This document shows, piece after piece, positions 18,922-20,000 of a stretch of 20,000 nt of DNA (position 1 is its first letter; the number at the start of each line of letters is the position of its first letter). Made by a program: the position numbers and the translations under genes. Origin of the DNA: Chiloscyllium plagiosum (taxonomy: Eukaryota); NCBI RefSeq assembly GCF_004010195.1, contig NC_057718.1, positions 91,389,517-91,409,516 on the forward strand. The letters are read 5' to 3'. The notes under the pieces are model-generated. The model did not search any database. It was not told the origin of the DNA and saw nothing but the letters and a program-made list of their open reading frames with translations.

Positions 18922-19602
18922 CCAACATCATGCGGTCTTTGACTTCTCATGGAATTGTCCCAGATTTTCTGCCACAGCCTATGTCATTCTGGGTTTTTGC
19001 CACACTGGTAAATTTGCTGGACCATGGGAAGTGGGAACTTCTAAATGGTATCAGAAGCATTTGTTCCTGTGTGAGGTTGAAGCATTTAATTTTTAATGCC
19101 TCCTACCCAGCTGTGAGAAACAAACAAAATATTTTTATGAAGTGTACAACAAAAGCACAATCTGAGTTATTCCAGACATTAAAAAAAAGTGCTTCACTAA
19201 AATAAATGTGAGTGCAGAATGGGCATATGTACACCGTAAACTCAATGCCTAAACAATGACTTTACATAAACCAAAACTGGAACTGGAACCATACTGTAGG
19301 TGCCAGACCATGGTGTTTGCTGGACCAGAGAATGTCAGATCAGGGACATACTCCTATGAGAACAATGGAGAAGTAGTATCAGTTGCAGAAGCCATGCCTA
19401 TTAATTTGACATGCATGAAAAAGAATGTGTATTCTTGGAGAAAATAGGAAAATTATATATTTCACCAGTGGGAACATGAGATTTTCACCCAGTGCAGAAC
19501 TTTGCATACCAGGTACACATCTATCCCCTCTGGGATATGTTCAGAAATTGAATACGAGTTGCCAGAGTGCAAAACATAGCTGTGTAGTGATAATTAGACT
19601 GA

Positions 19603-20000
19603 AACACCAGCTCCCAGCCCTGCCGAGTTTTCACCATCCCCCCAGACCTCCCCCTCACTGAGGACGAACGATCAGTCCTCAGCAAAGGACTCACCTTCGT
19701 CCCCCTCCGTCCACGCATCAATGAATTTAATACACGCCATGACATCGAACAATTCTTCCGTCGCCTCCGCCTCCCAGCTTACTTTCACAATCAGGATTCC
19801 CGCCCACCTTCCGAGGACCCCTTCGCCCACCTCAAACACACTGCATCCACCTGAACACCCCGCGCTGGCCTATTACCTGCCCTCGACCTCTTCATTTCCA
19901 ACTGCCGCCGGGACATTAACCGCCTCAACCTGTCGACCCCCCTCCCCCACTCCAACCTCTCACCCTCACAACGCGCAGCCCTCCAATCCCTCTGCCCCAA
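19603..20000 (+). mobile_element. 5' part of another Penelope-like element ORF, running off the window
   Basis: The frame from 19603 reads NTSSQPCRVFTIPPDLPLTEDERSVLSKGLTFVPLRPRINEFNTRHDIEQFFRRLRLPAYFHNQ...AST*TPRAGLLPALDLFISNCRRDI...SNLSPSQRAALQSL. It parallels VLSRGLNFCP/FIRRMRLREFF/STWTP/NITHSQRNAIQAL in the 12666 ORF. One TGG>TGA stop lies at 19852. Composition shifts sharply to C-rich, CpG-retaining sequence. Confidence 0.92.

Noticed and set aside
19460..19500. Short imperfect tandem duplication TTTCACCAGTGGGAAC / TTTCACCCAGTGCAGAAC
   Set aside because: Only two short, diverged units, compatible with local slippage or chance. No array and nothing CRISPR-like.

Overview
Eukaryotic genomic DNA from a cartilaginous fish. 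An HE1-type V-SINE points to an elasmobranch, probably a shark. The window is almost entirely intronic. It contains one host coding exon (7220-7425, + strand, 206 nt, missed by the ORF track) that I recognise as a late exon of the ciliary radial-spoke/CSC gene CFAP61. The rest is a nested set of decayed retroelements. (1) A Gmr1-clade Ty3/Gypsy LTR element with the inverted PR-IN-RT-RH order (1-6134), interrupted by an antisense CR1 LINE and itself abutting the GIY-YIG domain of an older Penelope-like element (PLE). (2) Three more CR1 fragments and two short tRNA-derived SINE relics. (3) A palindromic PLE-LTR relic. (4) A probable Harbinger Myb-like relic. (5) A near full-length Neptune-type PLE (12204-16369) with a 13-bp TSD and two pseudo-LTRs, each carrying a minimal hammerhead ribozyme; its 3' pLTR hosts a 155-bp hairpin mini-PLE and the HE1 SINE. 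(6) The start of another PLE ORF at the right edge. No intact transposon ORF is present. I found no wholly new biological system. The most interesting signals are the four to five hammerhead ribozyme motifs transcribed in sense within a host intron, the TSD-flanked mini-PLE and the nesting chronology. All homology calls come from motif recognition and recall, not from database searches.
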